A stretch of DNA of 60,273 nucleotides, counting the filler, from Diploschistes diacapsis (taxonomy: Eukaryota), in NCBI GenBank assembly GCA_023645945.1. It is 8 parts of 8 records of this genome, joined end to end, with 100 filler letters (N's around TTAATTAATTAA, not from the genome) between each part and the next. Parts side by side here need not be neighbours in the genome. Positions count along the whole stretch, not along the records: positions 55,668 to 60,273 come from JALAIB010001678.1; 7 more parts are not named here. One strand, written 5' to 3'. Below the pieces are notes generated by a model that searched no databases, had not been told where the DNA came from, and saw only the letters and a program-made list of their open reading frames with translations. Positions 59,263 through 60,273 of the stretch are shown here, piece after piece (position 1 is the stretch's first letter; each line of letters opens with the position of its first letter). The translations under genes were made by a program, and so were the position numbers.

Positions 59263-60273
59263 ACGTGTTGCCCCTAGTACCCGAACGGACCCTAGTAACC
59301 GAACATCCATAAGCGCTTTTACACCCAAAATACCTTTCTCTTTCTCATCCATTATAAGTTCCATATATATTTTTTTTGCTAATTTAAACCTAAATATAAT
59401 CGATAATAGAAAATGCTTTTATCGAGACGAAAACTCGATCTTCTTTATTATCGTTTTATTAAATCGTTTAGCGTAACGGCGTCATCCTTTCTGTTACGAT
59501 CCAAGTAGCTAAGTGGTAGCCTACTTGGCACGTCCCAGCCATTCTTTGTAACGTGTTTCACGGTCAGCTCGGCCACCCCCAAAGCTCGGCCACTTCACAT
59601 TGCGATATTCATTATTCTTTCGGTTTTTCTCGATAATGGCCGTTTCGCATCGAAATAACTCGATATTATTAAAATCGGATATTAACGATTATTTATAGGT
59701 TTTAAATTTTTAATAATATATCAACATTCGAACGACCGTTCGCGTATTTAAAGTTTCTCGATCGATCGTTATAGATCGATTTAATAAAAAATAATTTAAT
59801 TTTAATGGCTACGAATTGATTTAAATCCTTTTAAATTTAAAAGAAAAAATATTAATACGATAGATTATACGTTTTATATAAATTAACTTTTTTGTATCGT
59901 TTACGTTAATAAATAAAAATAACCGAAGAAATTCGACGCGAAAGAATTCGATTTAGTTCAAATTTAGAAATCAGTATCGCGAATTTTTAATCTATCGACA
60001 AGAATTAGGTAACGCGATTTTATAAACAATTTCCTAAAATTACTAATAACGTGTTTCACGGTCAGCTCGGCCACTCCCAAAGTCGGCCACTTCACATTGG
60101 GATATTCATTATTCTTTCGGTTTTTCTCGATAATGGCCGCTTCGCATCGAAATAACTCGATATTATTAAAATAGGACATTAATGATTATTTATAAGTTCT
60201 AAATTTTTAATAATATATTAATATTCGAGCGACCGTTCGCGCATTTAACATTTCTCGATCGACCGTTATGGAT
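59263..60273 (+). mobile_element. Stack of Fot1/pogo-like left ends (59263, 59551, 60049) plus LTR fragment (59492-59547)
   Basis: Each starts TA-ACGTGTT with paired internal direct repeats. The 59551 and 60049 copies are near-identical over more than 200 bp and lead into RIP-mutated transposase-like sequence. Confidence 0.75.

Overview
This is filamentous ascomycete (Pezizomycotina) genomic DNA: intron-rich genes interspersed with AT-rich, RIP-mutated transposon relics. It is not one locus. Seven 100-nt N spacers carrying a TTAATTAATTAA linker join one contig of at least 27 kb to seven ~4.6 kb contigs sorted by decreasing length, so adjacency across spacers is meaningless. Contig 1 holds a tandem array of four DUF7918-like paralogues (two disrupted), then STS1, MTR4, a KHDC4-like KH protein, a RecQ helicase, a PPR protein, a PD-(D/E)xK-like (DUF7924-like) gene with a heptad repeat tail, and a copia relic. 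The small contigs hold ValRS, a small mitochondrial protein, SYN8, tRNA-Tyr, a RING-TRAF protein, twinfilin, SFC1, DHFR, a TMA23-like gene, THG1, an intronless S53 peptidase, a RIP-destroyed DUF3435 (Starship captain) recombinase beside a zinc-finger gene, and a BAR-SH3 gene. The most interesting signals are the DUF7918 array with SUMO-site/SIM-like tails, the Starship relic, structured unproductive splice options in the KH and RecQ introns, an AUG-less presequence-like extension on ValRS, and frequent AAG/GAG splice acceptors. All family assignments come from motif recognition by eye, not database searches.
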